Positions 38,007 through 48,603 of a stretch of DNA of 64,000 nt are shown here, one piece after another; the stretch's first letter is position 1, and every line of letters starts with the position of its first letter. The DNA comes from Candidatus Anderseniibacteriota bacterium (GTDB lineage: Bacteria > Patescibacteriota > JAUYIX01). The stretch is from positions 78,103-142,102 of the forward strand of contig JAXLZM010000002.1 of the NCBI GenBank assembly GCA_046350855.1. Direction: 5' to 3'. Made by a program: the position numbers and the translations under genes. The notes below the pieces were generated by a model that was not told the origin of the DNA, did not search any database, and worked only from the letters and a program-made list of their open reading frames with translations.

Positions 38007-39995
38007 TTAGCCGCGTTTTTTAGCGTTGCGTTTTGAGTCACGTAGTGCGGCGATCTGGTCGCGCAGTTTAGCTGCCTCCTCAAACTCAAGATTGCGCGCG
38101 GCCATGTCCATTTTCTCTGAGAGCATTTTGATAAATGCTTCGCGTTCACCCGGAGCCATATTGGCGCGTACAGTGGGAGCAGGTTCTTCTTGGGCTTTGG
38201 CGCCGGCGAGGCGCCCTTCGTTGATAGACTTGATGATGGACTTGGGCGTGAGTCCATGTTTTTTGTTGAACTCGGACTGCAACGTACGGCGGCGCTCCGT
38301 CTCTTTGATAGCGCGCTTCATCGACCCCGTCATCTTGTCCGCATACATAATCACGTGCCCGTCTACATGTCGCGCCGCCCGTCCCATGGTCTGAATCAGC
38401 GCAATCTCGTCCCGCAGGTAGCCCTCTTTGTCGGCATCCAAGATCGCAACCAACGACACCTCAGGCAAGTCGAGCCCCTCACGTAGTAAGTTGATTCCTA
38501 CCACCACGTCGTACACGCCGAGTCGCAGGTCGCGCAGAATCTCAAGTCGCTCGAGCGTGTCGACCTCGGAGTGCAGGTATTGCACTTTGACGCGCAGCTC
38601 TTTGAGATATTCGGTGAGTTCTTCCGCGAGCCGCTTGGTCAAGGTCGTCACGATCACGCGCTGCCCCTTGGCCGTGCGCGCCTTAATTTGCTCCAGTAAA
38701 TCGTCGATCTGGTGCAGCGTCGGCTTAACCTCAATCGTCGGATCGAGCAGGTACGTCGGTCGGATCAGTTGTTCTACCCGCTGCTTAGATTTTTGCAGCT
38801 CGTACTCGCGCGGCGTGGCACTCACGTACACGGCCTGATTAATGTGCTGGTTGAACTCCTTAAAATTGAGTGGTCGATTGTCCGCCGCGGCCGGCAACCT
38901 AAAACCATAGTCCACCAAAATCTTTTTGCGGGCCGCATCACCACGCTCCATACCTGAGACCTGGGGCAATGTAATGTGCGATTCATCCACAAACAGTAAA
39001 AAGTCCTTAGGAAAATAATCCAGCAACACCGCGGGTGGCGACCCAGGAGCACGTCCATCAAAATAGCGCGAGTAGTTCTCGATGCCGTTGATGTAGCCGG
39101 ATTCTTTAAGCATCTCGAGGTCGTAGGTGACGCGCTCCTCGATGCGCTGCGCTTCTAGTAGTTTGCCTCGTGACTTAAACTCGGCCACCTTGATCCCCAG
39201 GTCACGTTTGATGAGCGGAATAGCCTCCTCGATACGCGAACGCTCGGTGGCCCAGTGGCTGGCGGGAAAAATTACGGCCTCGTCTAATTTTTCCAGTAGC
39301 TCGCCGGTTAGAGCATCGATTAACGTAATTTTCTCGAGTTCTTCCCCAAAAAAACTAAAGCGTAGAACATTGTCCTCATAGGTCGGGTAAATCTCGAGCG
39401 TGTCGCCACGCACCCTAAACGATCCGCGACTAAAATCTAAGTCGCTCCGCGCATATTGGATGTTAACCAAGTGCTTGAGCAGCTCGCGCACGGCGTACTT
39501 TTTACCGACGACTAGTTTGAGTTTGCCCTTGGAGTATTCTTCGGGAGAACCAAGGCCGTAAATGCACGACACCGACGCCACGATGATCACGTCTTTGCGG
39601 GTGAGCAGTGACATCGTCGCTTGGTGGCGTAGTCGATCGATCTCGTCGTTGATCGAAGAATCCTTGGCGATGTAGGTATCGGTGCGGGGGATATAGGCCT
39701 CCGGTTGGTAGTAGTCATAGTAGGAGACAAAGTACTGCACGGCGTTTTTGGGGAAGAGCTCCTTAAACTCACTGGCCAACTGCGCGGCTAACGTCTTGTT
39801 ATGTGCCAAAACCAAGGTCGGACGCTGCATCTGCTCGATCACGCCAGCCATGGTCATCGTTTTACCCGAGCCGGTCACGCCCACGAGCGTCTGGTGCTGA
39901 TAACCTTTGCGCAACCCCTCCACCAAGGCCGCAATCGCCTTGGGCTGGTCCCCGGCAAACTTGTTTTTAGTGACGAGTTCTAATCGTTTAGCCAT
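38007..39995 (-). CDS. uvrB: Excinuclease ABC subunit B
   Basis: [56 protein letters not shown]. Confidence 0.98.
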   Translation of the reverse strand: MAKRLELVTKNKFAGDQPKAIAALVEGLRKGYQHQTLVGVTGSGKTMTMAGVIEQMQRPTLVLAHNKTLAAQLASEFKELFPKNAVQYFVSYYDYYQPEAYIPRTDTYIAKDSSINDEIDRLRHQATMSLLTRKDVIIVASVSCIYGLGSPEEYSKGKLKLVVGKKYAVRELLKHLVNIQYARSDLDFSRGSFRVRGDTLEIYPTYEDNVLRFSFFGEELEKITLIDALTGELLEKLDEAVIFPASHWATERSRIEEAIPLIKRDLGIKVAEFKSRGKLLEAQRIEERVTYDLEMLKESGYINGIENYSRYFDGRAPGSPPAVLLDYFPKDFLLFVDESHITLPQVSGMERGDAARKKILVDYGFRLPAAADNRPLNFKEFNQHINQAVYVSATPREYELQKSKQRVEQLIRPTYLLDPTIEVKPTLHQIDDLLEQIKARTAKGQRVIVTTLTKRLAEELTEYLKELRVKVQYLHSEVDTLERLEILRDLRLGVYDVVVGINLLREGLDLPEVSLVAILDADKEGYLRDEIALIQTMGRAARHVDGHVIMYADKMTGSMKRAIKETERRRTLQSEFNKKHGLTPKSIIKSINEGRLAGAKAQEEPAPTVRANMAPGEREAFIKMLSEKMDMAARNLEFEEAAKLRDQIAALRDSKRNAKKRG

Positions 39996-40043
39996 AAAAC
40001 GACCAACCCTAACATGTTTTCTGGAGTTTTTAAAGTTTCACAA

Positions 40044-40197
40044 CCTCGCAACCCACAAAGACTTAGCGCAAAAGCTCAAGGCACTGGAGAAGCGCTACGA
40101 CGCACAGTTTCGTTCGATTTTTGAGGCGATTCGAGCATTAATGAGCCAAGAAAAAGAGCAAAACCACACATCGATCGGGTTCAAAACAGACAGTTGA
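40044..40197 (+). pseudogene. C-terminal remnant of an ORF6N/KilA-N-associated DNA-binding protein
   Basis: LATHKDLAQKLKALEKRYDAQFRSIFEAIRALM...IGFK resembles the typical C-terminal tail of ORF6N proteins; the N-terminal domain and a credible start are missing. Confidence 0.6.
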
Positions 40198-40245
40198 GCT
40201 TTAAACCAGCTTTGCTAGGGTAGCGCTAGGATAAGGAGGTGCGGA

Positions 40246-40713
40246 TTGTTCTCTCACACGATTGGTCAACTCGGGTTCAATCGGCTCCGTCAACTCGATA
40301 ACTTTAATGTTAGTTTGGCGGCGCATCGATCTGGTGACCAGCCCAAAAAAGACGAACCAGACACCCGACCGTACGCTCTCGAAGTCGTCTTTGAGCATAC
40401 CCAGGGCAAAGTACTCACGGTGGCGATCCCGGGGACACTGCCTGACAACTGGCAACCCGATGCTGGACTGACCGATTCTGGTGGTTTTACCGTCATGCCT
40501 ACTAAGGACTGGCTCAAAAGTGTGACGCTCGGGGAACTCACCTATGCGCTTAATAAGTTCGGCCAGATCAATCTGGAGGGGATCCGTTTTAAAAACCCCA
40601 AAGATCTGGACTGGAACGAGCTGATCAACATACGAGTCCTGCTGCCCCTTTTTGATCGGCAACGCCGACTCAGAGCTCGATTCTTTAACGGATTTATGGA
40701 GGTTCGACCCTAG
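40246..40713 (+). CDS. Hypothetical protein
   Basis: AAGGAGGT ribosome-binding site before TTG; terminator AGGCCCG...CGGGCCT-T7 after the stop. Confidence 0.65.
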   Translation: MFSHTIGQLGFNRLRQLDNFNVSLAAHRSGDQPKKDEPDTRPYALEVVFEHTQGKVLTVAIPGTLPDNWQPDAGLTDSGGFTVMPTKDWLKSVTLGELTYALNKFGQINLEGIRFKNPKDLDWNELINIRVLLPLFDRQRRLRARFFNGFMEVRP

Positions 40714-40767
40714 GCCCGTACCATGTGCGGGCCTCGTTTTTTTGAGTGGCTTTGCTAGGATAGCCGC

Positions 40768-41382
40768 ATGATCGCTGGTCTCTCCGGTCGTGTGGCCGAA
40801 AAACTCGATAAAAGCGCCGTGATCGATGTGCAGGGCGTACGCTATGAGGTGCACCTGAGTGCCAGTGGTCTAGCGCATCTGCCCAACTTGGGCGAACCAA
40901 TAGCACTCTGGACGCGCCTGATTCCGAGCGAGGACTCCATGACGCTCTACGGTTTTGGGACGTATCCTGAGCAGCAACTCTTTGATTTACTTGTAACCGT
41001 CACGGGCGTTGGTCCCAAACTCGCCCTCAATATTCTCAACGCCGGTCCGGTGAGCAGTATCGTCTCGGCCATCTCGCAAGAAAAACCTGAGTTTTTTCTT
41101 AAGGTCACTCGTCTCGGCAAAAAAACCGCGAGTAAACTCATTCTCGACCTCAAGACCAAAGTCGAGGCGACCTTCCCCGATGCGCACGTGCCGGGTGCCG
41201 GGTCGCGTGACCTGTCAGATCTGACCAACCGTGACGACATCGCCCTGCAAGCGCTGGTAGAACTCGGCTACAACAGTTCCCAAGCCAAGGCCGCCCTGGC
41301 CGAGGTCAGCGCTACCGATCCCAGCGCCCGCGTCAAAGAAGCCCTGCAAAAATTGGGTTCGGCCGCATCGGTTACGCGCTGA
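40768..41382 (+). CDS. ruvA: Holliday junction branch migration protein RuvA
   Basis: IDVQGVRYEV, LYGF, VTGVGPKLAL, GKKTASKLILDLK, ALVELGY. Confidence 0.95.
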   Translation: MIAGLSGRVAEKLDKSAVIDVQGVRYEVHLSASGLAHLPNLGEPIALWTRLIPSEDSMTLYGFGTYPEQQLFDLLVTVTGVGPKLALNILNAGPVSSIVSAISQEKPEFFLKVTRLGKKTASKLILDLKTKVEATFPDAHVPGAGSRDLSDLTNRDDIALQALVELGYNSSQAKAALAEVSATDPSARVKEALQKLGSAASVTR

Positions 41383-41407
41383 TTTTGTTCTACCGTAGCT
41401 GACACCC

Positions 41408-42436
41408 ATGCGCCTGACCGAAGCTGATGCCGCCACACTCGATCGGTTCATCCAGTCCGAGCTGGACTCGAGTTTGTTGCAATCTTGGATGTGGGGAGAG
41501 TTTCAGGCGGCACTTGGACGTACGATTGCTCGGATTGGGGTAGAACAAAACGGTCGGCTGGTGGCGACCGCGCTGCTGATTAAGTATGACCTGCCGCTGG
41601 GGCAATCCTATGCCTACTGTCCGCGTGGGCCGGTGGTGGTTGGTCAACATGACGGCCGTCCCGATCCGGTCGCCCTCGAGCAAATTACCGAGCAACTTAC
41701 GGCGCAAGCGCGCGAGTGGGGCGCCATGTTTGTACGGATCGACCCACCCCTCCCGCCTGGAGCACAAGAGCAGTATCAGTCACTTGGTTTTGCTGCGGCT
41801 GCTAACCAGATTCAGCCGCGCGTCACGGCCTTACTGGATCTTAAGCAGCCGCGCGAGCAACTTCTCGCCAACATGAAGCAAAAAACGCGTTACAACATCC
41901 GTTTGGCGCTCAAAAAAAACGTACACGTGCGCCAGAGCTTTAGTCCGCACGATGTTGAGGCTTTTTTGCAGCTTAACCGTGCCACTACCCAACGCGACGG
42001 ATTTGTCGCGCACCCGGATAGCTACTACAAAACCCAAACCGAGATTTTGGGGCGGGCGGGGCTACTTAAGCTCTTTATTGCAGAACACAACGAGCAGCCT
42101 CTCTCGATCATTGTGGTGGCGTTCCATGGTAAAACCGCAACCTATCTGCATGGCGCCTCGAGCGACGCCGAGCGCAACCGCATGCCCACCTTTGCCGTGC
42201 AGTGGGAGGCGATTAAAGAAGCGCAGCGACTCGGTCTCTTTTGGTTTGACCTGCATGGTGTAGCACCAACTGATGATCCTGAGCACCTCTGGGCGGGTAT
42301 TACGCGGTTCAAGCTGGGTTTTGGTGCCAAGCGTCACTCGTACATGGGGGCTCTGGATCTGCCGATTAAGCACACCTGGTACCGCTTATATAAGATGCGT
42401 CTATCCCTACGTCGCAGCGAGGCGCGTAACCAATAA
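41408..42436 (+). CDS. FemAB/FemX-family peptidoglycan aminoacyltransferase
   Basis: LQSWMWGEF, YCPRGP, MKQKTRYNIRLA, YLHGAS, GITRFKLGFG. Confidence 0.9.
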   Translation: MRLTEADAATLDRFIQSELDSSLLQSWMWGEFQAALGRTIARIGVEQNGRLVATALLIKYDLPLGQSYAYCPRGPVVVGQHDGRPDPVALEQITEQLTAQAREWGAMFVRIDPPLPPGAQEQYQSLGFAAAANQIQPRVTALLDLKQPREQLLANMKQKTRYNIRLALKKNVHVRQSFSPHDVEAFLQLNRATTQRDGFVAHPDSYYKTQTEILGRAGLLKLFIAEHNEQPLSIIVVAFHGKTATYLHGASSDAERNRMPTFAVQWEAIKEAQRLGLFWFDLHGVAPTDDPEHLWAGITRFKLGFGAKRHSYMGALDLPIKHTWYRLYKMRLSLRRSEARNQ

Positions 42437-42529
42437 CAGCACAACCGTGCAACGACCCTTGACAACGGTAAACGGTAGTGTAGGATGCCGGGTCCCTACA
42501 CGAGACGTTGGTGATTCAAGAAAGAGAGG

Positions 42530-42715
42530 TTGATCGTCGTGGAGTTCCCTCAGCACTTTACGGAAACACAAAAGAAGCGCATCGCTCGGCAAGAACCAAT
42601 TGCCAAGCACAAGGGGTTTACCATCAAACTCTCAGAAGATTGCGCGCAGTTGATCTGGATCAGCGATAGCACGGGACTCGAGCAGTACCGTGAATCCGTC
42701 GAGAACTACAAGTGA
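42530..42715 (+). CDS. Small hypothetical protein
   Basis: 61-aa ORF with upstream AGAGG and a possible promoter (TTGACA 42459, 17 nt spacer, TAGGAT 42481-42486 region). Confidence 0.4.
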   Translation: MIVVEFPQHFTETQKKRIARQEPIAKHKGFTIKLSEDCAQLIWISDSTGLEQYRESVENYK

Positions 42716-42749
42716 CTACTCCGAGGAATCGTGCCTTGGAGTAGTTATC

Positions 42750-44084
42750 TTAGCTACTCCAACCGAGCGCATGCCGCAGAAGTGTAATGTCTCGATCGTG
42801 GCGTTTTTTGTCTTTGCCACGGGCTTTGGCGGTTTCTGCAGTAAATTCCGCAATGTGGCGCTCTATAAAAGTCCGGGACTGCTCGGGCGTTAGGACTTCT
42901 TGGTCATGCAGTTCCTCAAGTGCCGCGCTGATAAATTCCATCCGCTCATCGCTATTTTTTGTCTGTAAAACACTCTTTTTCCAAACTGCGTCAAGCACTC
43001 TATCGGCTGGTTCTTTTTTGAGCTGCTCGATAAAGCGTAAAAATCGTCCGGAATGTTTTGTATCGTAGAATAAATTATCTAACCCCCGTTCAGTCTTAGT
43101 GAGCAGCTCCATTTTTTTGACTAGCTCCTCGTCCGGAATGAACTCCTCACCCTGAGATCCCTTATACAGGTAGTCCCCATATTTTCCTTCGAACAGTCGG
43201 GCACTCCCAAAGTCGATGATGGTTGTACGGAGCTGCTGATTTTCCTCATGCACCATGATGTTGCGTTCGTGTGCATCCCGATGTGCAATGCCGCTGCGAT
43301 GTAGCTGTGTAAAAGCATTCTTAGTTTGTTCGTACACGGTTGCGTCGAGTTTAAAGTTATTGCGTGCTAAAAACCCGTAAATCTCGCTGGAATTATGGCG
43401 GATAATCGCCGTTCTTTTTTCTATGTCACCGCCCGCCGGTACCGCCGAAAGCTTAAGCGTATTTTGAACTGCATCAAACAACTCATCCACACGCATGTGT
43501 TCTATATCCGTAAAAACTTTAGATGCTTGTGGGTGACGTTTGAGCACCTCACGATACATGCGCGTGGCCAGATCCTCGCCGGGCATTAATTCCATTACGA
43601 GGAGAGCAATCTTTTCTTGGTTTTTAACTCCATAGGTGCTTAATTGTTGCTGCATTTCTGGACTCAAATTAGAGAGCTCACGATAGAGGATCGGGCGCGG
43701 GATCCCGGCAATCGTAGCGGAACTTTTCTGCGCCTCAGCGATCGATTGATACGCAGCACTCTGGGCTTCAAACTCTTTCTTACCGACACTCGCCTCATAC
43801 ACTTTCAAAATTTTAATAGCCGGGGTCTCATCAAGCTCGATTCCCGTTTCTTTAAGTTTTTCCACTAACTCGGGCGGAAATTTGCCAATGTCCGCGCGAA
43901 AAATAACACCGTTATGTCCCTCGTTAATTTTTTCGACCCCGTGCAGAAGGACTTCTTCGAGACGAGCATCGATGAGACGTTCGGTCTCATTTTCTCGACT
44001 GGTGGCAGTTTTTTCAGCGGTTTGTTCACTTTGGCTTAGCCCCAGTTCTTCCGGACTCGGGCCATGCTCTGGATTTGTTGGCAT
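42750..44084 (-). CDS. Protein-kinase-like fold protein
   Basis: Gly-loop EGHNGVIF, AIK lysine, LVMELMPG, catalytic HRDAHERN, IIDFG. Confidence 0.8.
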   Translation of the reverse strand: MPTNPEHGPSPEELGLSQSEQTAEKTATSRENETERLIDARLEEVLLHGVEKINEGHNGVIFRADIGKFPPELVEKLKETGIELDETPAIKILKVYEASVGKKEFEAQSAAYQSIAEAQKSSATIAGIPRPILYRELSNLSPEMQQQLSTYGVKNQEKIALLVMELMPGEDLATRMYREVLKRHPQASKVFTDIEHMRVDELFDAVQNTLKLSAVPAGGDIEKRTAIIRHNSSEIYGFLARNNFKLDATVYEQTKNAFTQLHRSGIAHRDAHERNIMVHEENQQLRTTIIDFGSARLFEGKYGDYLYKGSQGEEFIPDEELVKKMELLTKTERGLDNLFYDTKHSGRFLRFIEQLKKEPADRVLDAVWKKSVLQTKNSDERMEFISAALEELHDQEVLTPEQSRTFIERHIAEFTAETAKARGKDKKRHDRDITLLRHALGWSS

Positions 44085-44130
44085 GGCTACAGTATACGTG
44101 ATCAGCGTTACAATAGTGTAGGATAACAGT

Positions 44131-44466
44131 ATGTCGCGCCGTCTGCTCTATCTTACTATCTTCTTTGGCGTTCTTTTTGTGACTGGGCTGGTTTGGTTTG
44201 TCATCTCAGCTAACTCGCGCAGTTCAGCCCAACCCGCCCCTGGCCCGAGCCAACTCTTTGATAGTGATCAGGACGGTCTCTCCGACGCGCGCGAGACCGA
44301 ACTCGGCAGTGATCCCAACCAAGCCGATACGGACCATGATGGCCTCACCGATCAGCAGGAGGTCGACACCTACACCACCGTACCAACCATTGTCGATACG
44401 GATGGCGACGGCTATAGCGATGGAGTTGAGGTGTTGGGTGGCTATAACCCCAAGGGTCCCAATTAA
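44131..44466 (+). CDS. Membrane-anchored protein with bacterial TSP3-like Ca-binding repeats
   Basis: DSDQDGLSD, DTDHDGLTD, DTDGDGYSDG, GYNP. Confidence 0.85.
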   Translation: MSRRLLYLTIFFGVLFVTGLVWFVISANSRSSAQPAPGPSQLFDSDQDGLSDARETELGSDPNQADTDHDGLTDQQEVDTYTTVPTIVDTDGDGYSDGVEVLGGYNPKGPN

Positions 44467-44491
44467 TCGCAGGGTTTGGTAGCCTGCTACC

Positions 44492-45925
44492 ATGCCGACT
44501 AAAGCCGCTCTCCGCCGCCTCGTTCCGCGCCCGTTGCTCTTTGGCTACCATGCTGTGCTCAATTGGCTCTCCATGGCGGTCTTTGGATTTCCGACCCGTC
44601 GTTTGATCACGATCGGTGTCACCGGCACGACCGGCAAAACCTCGGTGGTCAGTTACATCAGTGACACATTAGAATCGGCCGGGGTACGCACCGGGTATGT
44701 CAGTACGGCCACCGTTAAGATCGGTTCTGCCAAACGGCTGAACCAACTCAAAATGACCATGCCGGGTCGCTGGACTCTGGCGCGCATGTTGGCACAGATC
44801 CGTCGCAGTGGCGCTCAGGCCGTGGTGATCGAAACCTCCTCGCAAGGGCTCGAGATGTACCGGCATCTTGGGATCGCCTATGACGTGGCCGTCTTTACCA
44901 ACCTGACACCCGAGCACATCGAGGCGCACGGTTCCTTTGAAGCCTATCGCAGCGCCAAAGAGCGACTCTTTGCGGCACTGGCTGGTAGTCCTCGCAAAAC
45001 CGATCGTGTCACGGGCAAACCAATCAAAAAAATCATCGTAGCCAACTTGGATGACGCTAATGCCAAATATTTTTTGCAGTACGACGCCGACGAAAAATGG
45101 GGTTTTTCGCTCGCGGCTGGTGGTCCGGATGCCCACGTCTCGCTCACCAATGTGGTTCGGCCGAGTGCCTACAGTTGTGGTCCGGAGGGGATCTCGTTTA
45201 CGCTGCGTCTACCAAAACGCGAGCTTCACAAAGGTAGCCCGCTGGCCGGTCAGACAGCAATCGATGTACGAACCAAGTTAGTAGGTATTTTTAATTTGCA
45301 GAACATGCTGGCGGCGGCAAGCGTCGCGCTGAGTCAAGAAATTCCGCTCGACAAAATCAAAACGGCTTTAGAAAAACTCGAGCCAGCCCCCGGGCGTATG
45401 GAACCGATCGTGGCCGGACAGCCCTTTAGTGTCGTAGTGGATTACGCGCACGTGCCCGAGTCGCTCGAGCTGGTCTACAAAACTTTGCGTGACCAGTTGG
45501 CCCCAGGTAAAAAATTGATCGCGGTCCTGGGTTCGGCCGGAGGCGGCCGGGATGTCGCCAAGCGCCCCCGCTTGGGCGCGCTCGCCGGTCGGTATGCAGA
45601 CTTTGTGGTAGTGACCAACGAGGACCCCTACGATGAGGACCCAGTGCAGATCATCAACCAGGTCAAAGCGGGGGTGCTCTCTGCCGGTAAGCCCGAGGCC
45701 CACAAAAATAGAGGTGGGAGTGCTGATCAACGGGGTGTGGTGGCGATTACCGACCGGCGAGCCGGTATGCGCCGCGCACTTCGCGCGGCGCAACCAGGCG
45801 ACATCGTGGTGATTACCGGCAAAGGCTGCGAGCCTGTGATTATGTCCAAAGACGGCGCACGTATCCCTCACGACGATCGTACGGTCGCGCGCGAGTTACT
45901 CCGTGAGCTGTTGGACAAACAATAA
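44492..45925 (+). CDS. murE: UDP-N-acetylmuramoyl-tripeptide synthetase (MurE family)
   Basis: GVTGTTGKTS, ETSSQG, FTNLTPEH, PGRME, VDYAH, NEDP, ITGKG. Confidence 0.92.
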   Translation: MPTKAALRRLVPRPLLFGYHAVLNWLSMAVFGFPTRRLITIGVTGTTGKTSVVSYISDTLESAGVRTGYVSTATVKIGSAKRLNQLKMTMPGRWTLARMLAQIRRSGAQAVVIETSSQGLEMYRHLGIAYDVAVFTNLTPEHIEAHGSFEAYRSAKERLFAALAGSPRKTDRVTGKPIKKIIVANLDDANAKYFLQYDADEKWGFSLAAGGPDAHVSLTNVVRPSAYSCGPEGISFTLRLPKRELHKGSPLAGQTAIDVRTKLVGIFNLQNMLAAASVALSQEIPLDKIKTALEKLEPAPGRMEPIVAGQPFSVVVDYAHVPESLELVYKTLRDQLAPGKKLIAVLGSAGGGRDVAKRPRLGALAGRYADFVVVTNEDPYDEDPVQIINQVKAGVLSAGKPEAHKNRGGSADQRGVVAITDRRAGMRRALRAAQPGDIVVITGKGCEPVIMSKDGARIPHDDRTVARELLRELLDKQ

Positions 45926-45968
45926 CCCGCTGGTCAAAGCGACATACCCGAGTGTAGAGTGCTAGACC

Positions 45969-47561
45969 ATGTTGGCCGTCGTATCTCCAAAGCGGACCTC
46001 GCGCTTGCTCCTGATCGGTGCTGCTCTGGTTGGTCCGGTTCTCTATAGTCTCCTTGCTCTCTACCGTTTGCACTATCCGGGCGTGCACTACGACGAACTC
46101 TTGTTTACTAACGCCGCGCTCGGTCCGATCGGTGACCTTTTTATTTTTAGACGCTGGCACGGTGTCACGCTCTTGCTAATGCCGTATATCGGTGCGCTCA
46201 AGGCCTGGTTTGCTATGCCGATTTTTACCTGGTTTGGGGTCTCGGTTGTTTCGATTCGGTTACCTAATGTGCTCTTGACCGCCCTGGTCTTGTTTGGATT
46301 GTGGTGGCTGGTCCGGCGACCCCTGGGAGCGCGCCTTGCCACGGCCGCGACGGTGCTTCTCGCTCTCGATCCTAATTTTATCGCGCTGACCCGCACCGAC
46401 TTTGGCCCGGTGGTCTTTGCACTGCTCTGTCGAGTACTCGTCCTCGCGGTCGTGGTGTGGTTCTTGCGGACCAAAAAAATCACCACGTTGCTGTGGCTCT
46501 TGCCGATCATGGCGGCCGGCCTCTTTAACAAACTAGATTTTTTGTGGTGCATCAACGCAACGTTTGCAGCACTCTTTTTGCTTAACCTCCGACAAGTTCA
46601 CACCTGGCTACGCACTACCGCTGGTCGTAGCACGTTAGTGACGTTACTACTCGGGTACGGTGTCTTTGTTTGGTACTACCTAACCCTCCTTAAACTGGGT
46701 AAGCTCTCGGTAGGTCTCACTGGTAGTGCAATCAAAGCACACGTCCTGCAGTGGATCGTGGGCTGGTGCGATGTTCTCTCGGGCGAGGGATTTTTTGGAC
46801 ATGCCTTAGCCCCCTACCGTACCGTTTTCTACGGCAGTATCGGCCTCACGTTGACTCTCATTTTGCTGGCTGGGTTCTACCTGATTAATACCCGCAGTCA
46901 ACACCGTGCTTGGCGCAGTCTGTGTAACTTTTTGGTGCTCTCGCTCGTGCTGGCAAATGCGCAGATTTTAGTCACCTCGCAAGCCTCGGGTCCCTGGCAC
47001 TATCTTACCGTGCAACCGATGCTTGCGCTCATGTTAGTCATGAGTCTCGCAGCCCTCTACGTCTGGGCCCGGCAGCATTTTGCAAAAGTCGGTGCCGGTT
47101 TGGTTGTTGTACTCTGTCTTGCTCTCATCGCGCATTTTGTGTTGGTGTACGGGCTCTCAGTGCGCTCCTATCGCCACCCGACCAACGTCAGCTGGTCGCC
47201 CGCGATTTATGACCTGCTCGCCTATACCCAGTCACACTCGGGTCGCTTTTTGGCGGAGGATTGGGGCATGACGACACAGCTGCTCGCTTTTGATCGGCAG
47301 CCTAATAAGTACTTTGACGTTACGGCTGCTTTTAGCAACAGTACGCCAAGTACCTACGCTAACTTTGCGCACGCGTATTTTTCGGCCAAGCCCGAGACTA
47401 CCTTTTTGTTCCATACGCAAGAACTCTCGGTCTTTCCAGAAGCGCGCACCAAAGCCTTTGCGATTGCCGCTGAGTTCGGCCTGACCTTACACAAGGTACA
47501 CGAGGTCAGCGACGGCAACCGAGTTATTTTTGAACTCTACCAAGCCCTGCCAAAGCCCTAA
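45969..47561 (+). CDS. ArnT/PMT-like (GT-C) membrane glycosyltransferase
   Basis: Multiple TM helices, YDE motif after TM1, FGVSVVSIRLP. Confidence 0.75.
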   Translation: MLAVVSPKRTSRLLLIGAALVGPVLYSLLALYRLHYPGVHYDELLFTNAALGPIGDLFIFRRWHGVTLLLMPYIGALKAWFAMPIFTWFGVSVVSIRLPNVLLTALVLFGLWWLVRRPLGARLATAATVLLALDPNFIALTRTDFGPVVFALLCRVLVLAVVVWFLRTKKITTLLWLLPIMAAGLFNKLDFLWCINATFAALFLLNLRQVHTWLRTTAGRSTLVTLLLGYGVFVWYYLTLLKLGKLSVGLTGSAIKAHVLQWIVGWCDVLSGEGFFGHALAPYRTVFYGSIGLTLTLILLAGFYLINTRSQHRAWRSLCNFLVLSLVLANAQILVTSQASGPWHYLTVQPMLALMLVMSLAALYVWARQHFAKVGAGLVVVLCLALIAHFVLVYGLSVRSYRHPTNVSWSPAIYDLLAYTQSHSGRFLAEDWGMTTQLLAFDRQPNKYFDVTAAFSNSTPSTYANFAHAYFSAKPETTFLFHTQELSVFPEARTKAFAIAAEFGLTLHKVHEVSDGNRVIFELYQALPKP

Positions 47562-48017
47562 CTAGATTGCTGCCAAAATCCAGTACAGCAGGAGGGTTAG
47601 TCCAATCCCAAAGGTCGCGCCGCCAAAAGCCTCCAGCGGGGTGTGCCCCACCCGCTCTATTTGCTTGGGGATTAGGCGTTGCTTATCGCGCGGGAGTTGT
47701 TGACGCAGGATATTGATGGCGCGGGAGTGTTGTTCTACAAACATACGTAAGCCGAGTGCGTCCCGGGTGACGATTACCGCCAGGGCCAAAGCCAAACCAA
47801 AGCTGAGGGAGTCTAGCCCCGCGACTAACCCCGCCACCGTCGCGAGGGCCGAGACGAGCGCAATGTGCGAGGAGGGAAACTTACCCCAGGCGTAGTACTC
47901 GTGCGGATCAATTTTGCCGGTTTGTACGAGCTTGATCAAAACTTTGGTAAGCTGCGTCACGACCGTAATCGCAATAGGCCAAACAACTAGCAGGAGTAGT
48001 GTATAGTCGAACCTCAT
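47562..48017 (-). CDS. DUF212 divergent PAP2-family membrane protein
   Basis: GKFPSSH, RDALGLR, GHTPLE. Confidence 0.88.
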   Translation of the reverse strand: MRFDYTLLLLVVWPIAITVVTQLTKVLIKLVQTGKIDPHEYYAWGKFPSSHIALVSALATVAGLVAGLDSLSFGLALALAVIVTRDALGLRMFVEQHSRAINILRQQLPRDKQRLIPKQIERVGHTPLEAFGGATFGIGLTLLLYWILAAI

Positions 48018-48456
48018 GGAAAAGTCTCTCAATCTTACCACGCTCGTCTTTAGTGCTTTGCCGCTCCGTTCTGCAATCGGACCAAGCGTCGCTCAGGCGG
48101 GCAAGCCTTGGCTCGGTCTGCACGATGGCATTAAGTGGTATTTTAAAAAAACGCTCAGCACGTATAGACCCGGCCGGGTGAACTTTTGGAAATTGCTCAT
48201 ACCCTACAAACGGCGACTGCCTCCTGACGCGATCCTTGTAGTCACGAGCCCCGGACCCTTTAGTGCGACCCGAGCGAGCGTCTCCATCGCCAACGCCCTA
48301 GCCTTTGCTTGGGATATTCCAGTTGTGCCGGTCTCGATCGAGCAGCTCCGCCGTACCACCCCAATGCTCCTCGCTAAAAAAGCGGGCGTGGCCAAACGCA
48401 CAGGGTTTTCTCTCGCGCGCCGCGCTTTACCTCAATACAACCGCAAACCCTATTGA
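48016..48456 (+). CDS. tsaB: Short TsaB (YeaZ)-like protein
   Basis: ILVVTSPGPFSATRASVSIANALAFAWDIPVV and terminal PQY; N-terminus poorly conserved, start uncertain. Confidence 0.65.
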   Translation: MEKSLNLTTLVFSALPLRSAIGPSVAQAGKPWLGLHDGIKWYFKKTLSTYRPGRVNFWKLLIPYKRRLPPDAILVVTSPGPFSATRASVSIANALAFAWDIPVVPVSIEQLRRTTPMLLAKKAGVAKRTGFSLARRALPQYNRKPY

Positions 48457-48574
48457 TGGCTGGGGGACTGGCGTGCAGCCAGTAGAACTTGCTCCCAGGC
48501 AGTTTCTGGCCTACTTGTGAATAACCTGTGGACGTGGTGTAGTAAATGGCTTAAGGAGTTCCCCTACATACCTC

Positions 48575-48603
48575 TTGACAGTCGTCAAGCGCCTGCGTAT
48601 AGT
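48575..48603 (+). promoter_or_regulatory. Promoter of rpoBC
   Basis: TTGACA (48575-48580), 17 nt spacer, TATAGT (48598-48603). Confidence 0.75.

Noticed and set aside
40201-40854. 217-aa minus-strand ORF
   Set aside because: Overlaps ruvA and a plus-strand ORF that has a strong ribosome-binding site and terminator.
15955-48456. All four t6A genes (tsaD, tsaE, tsaC, tsaB) within one window
   Set aside because: Universal pathway with the genes dispersed among housekeeping loci; unremarkable in a small genome.
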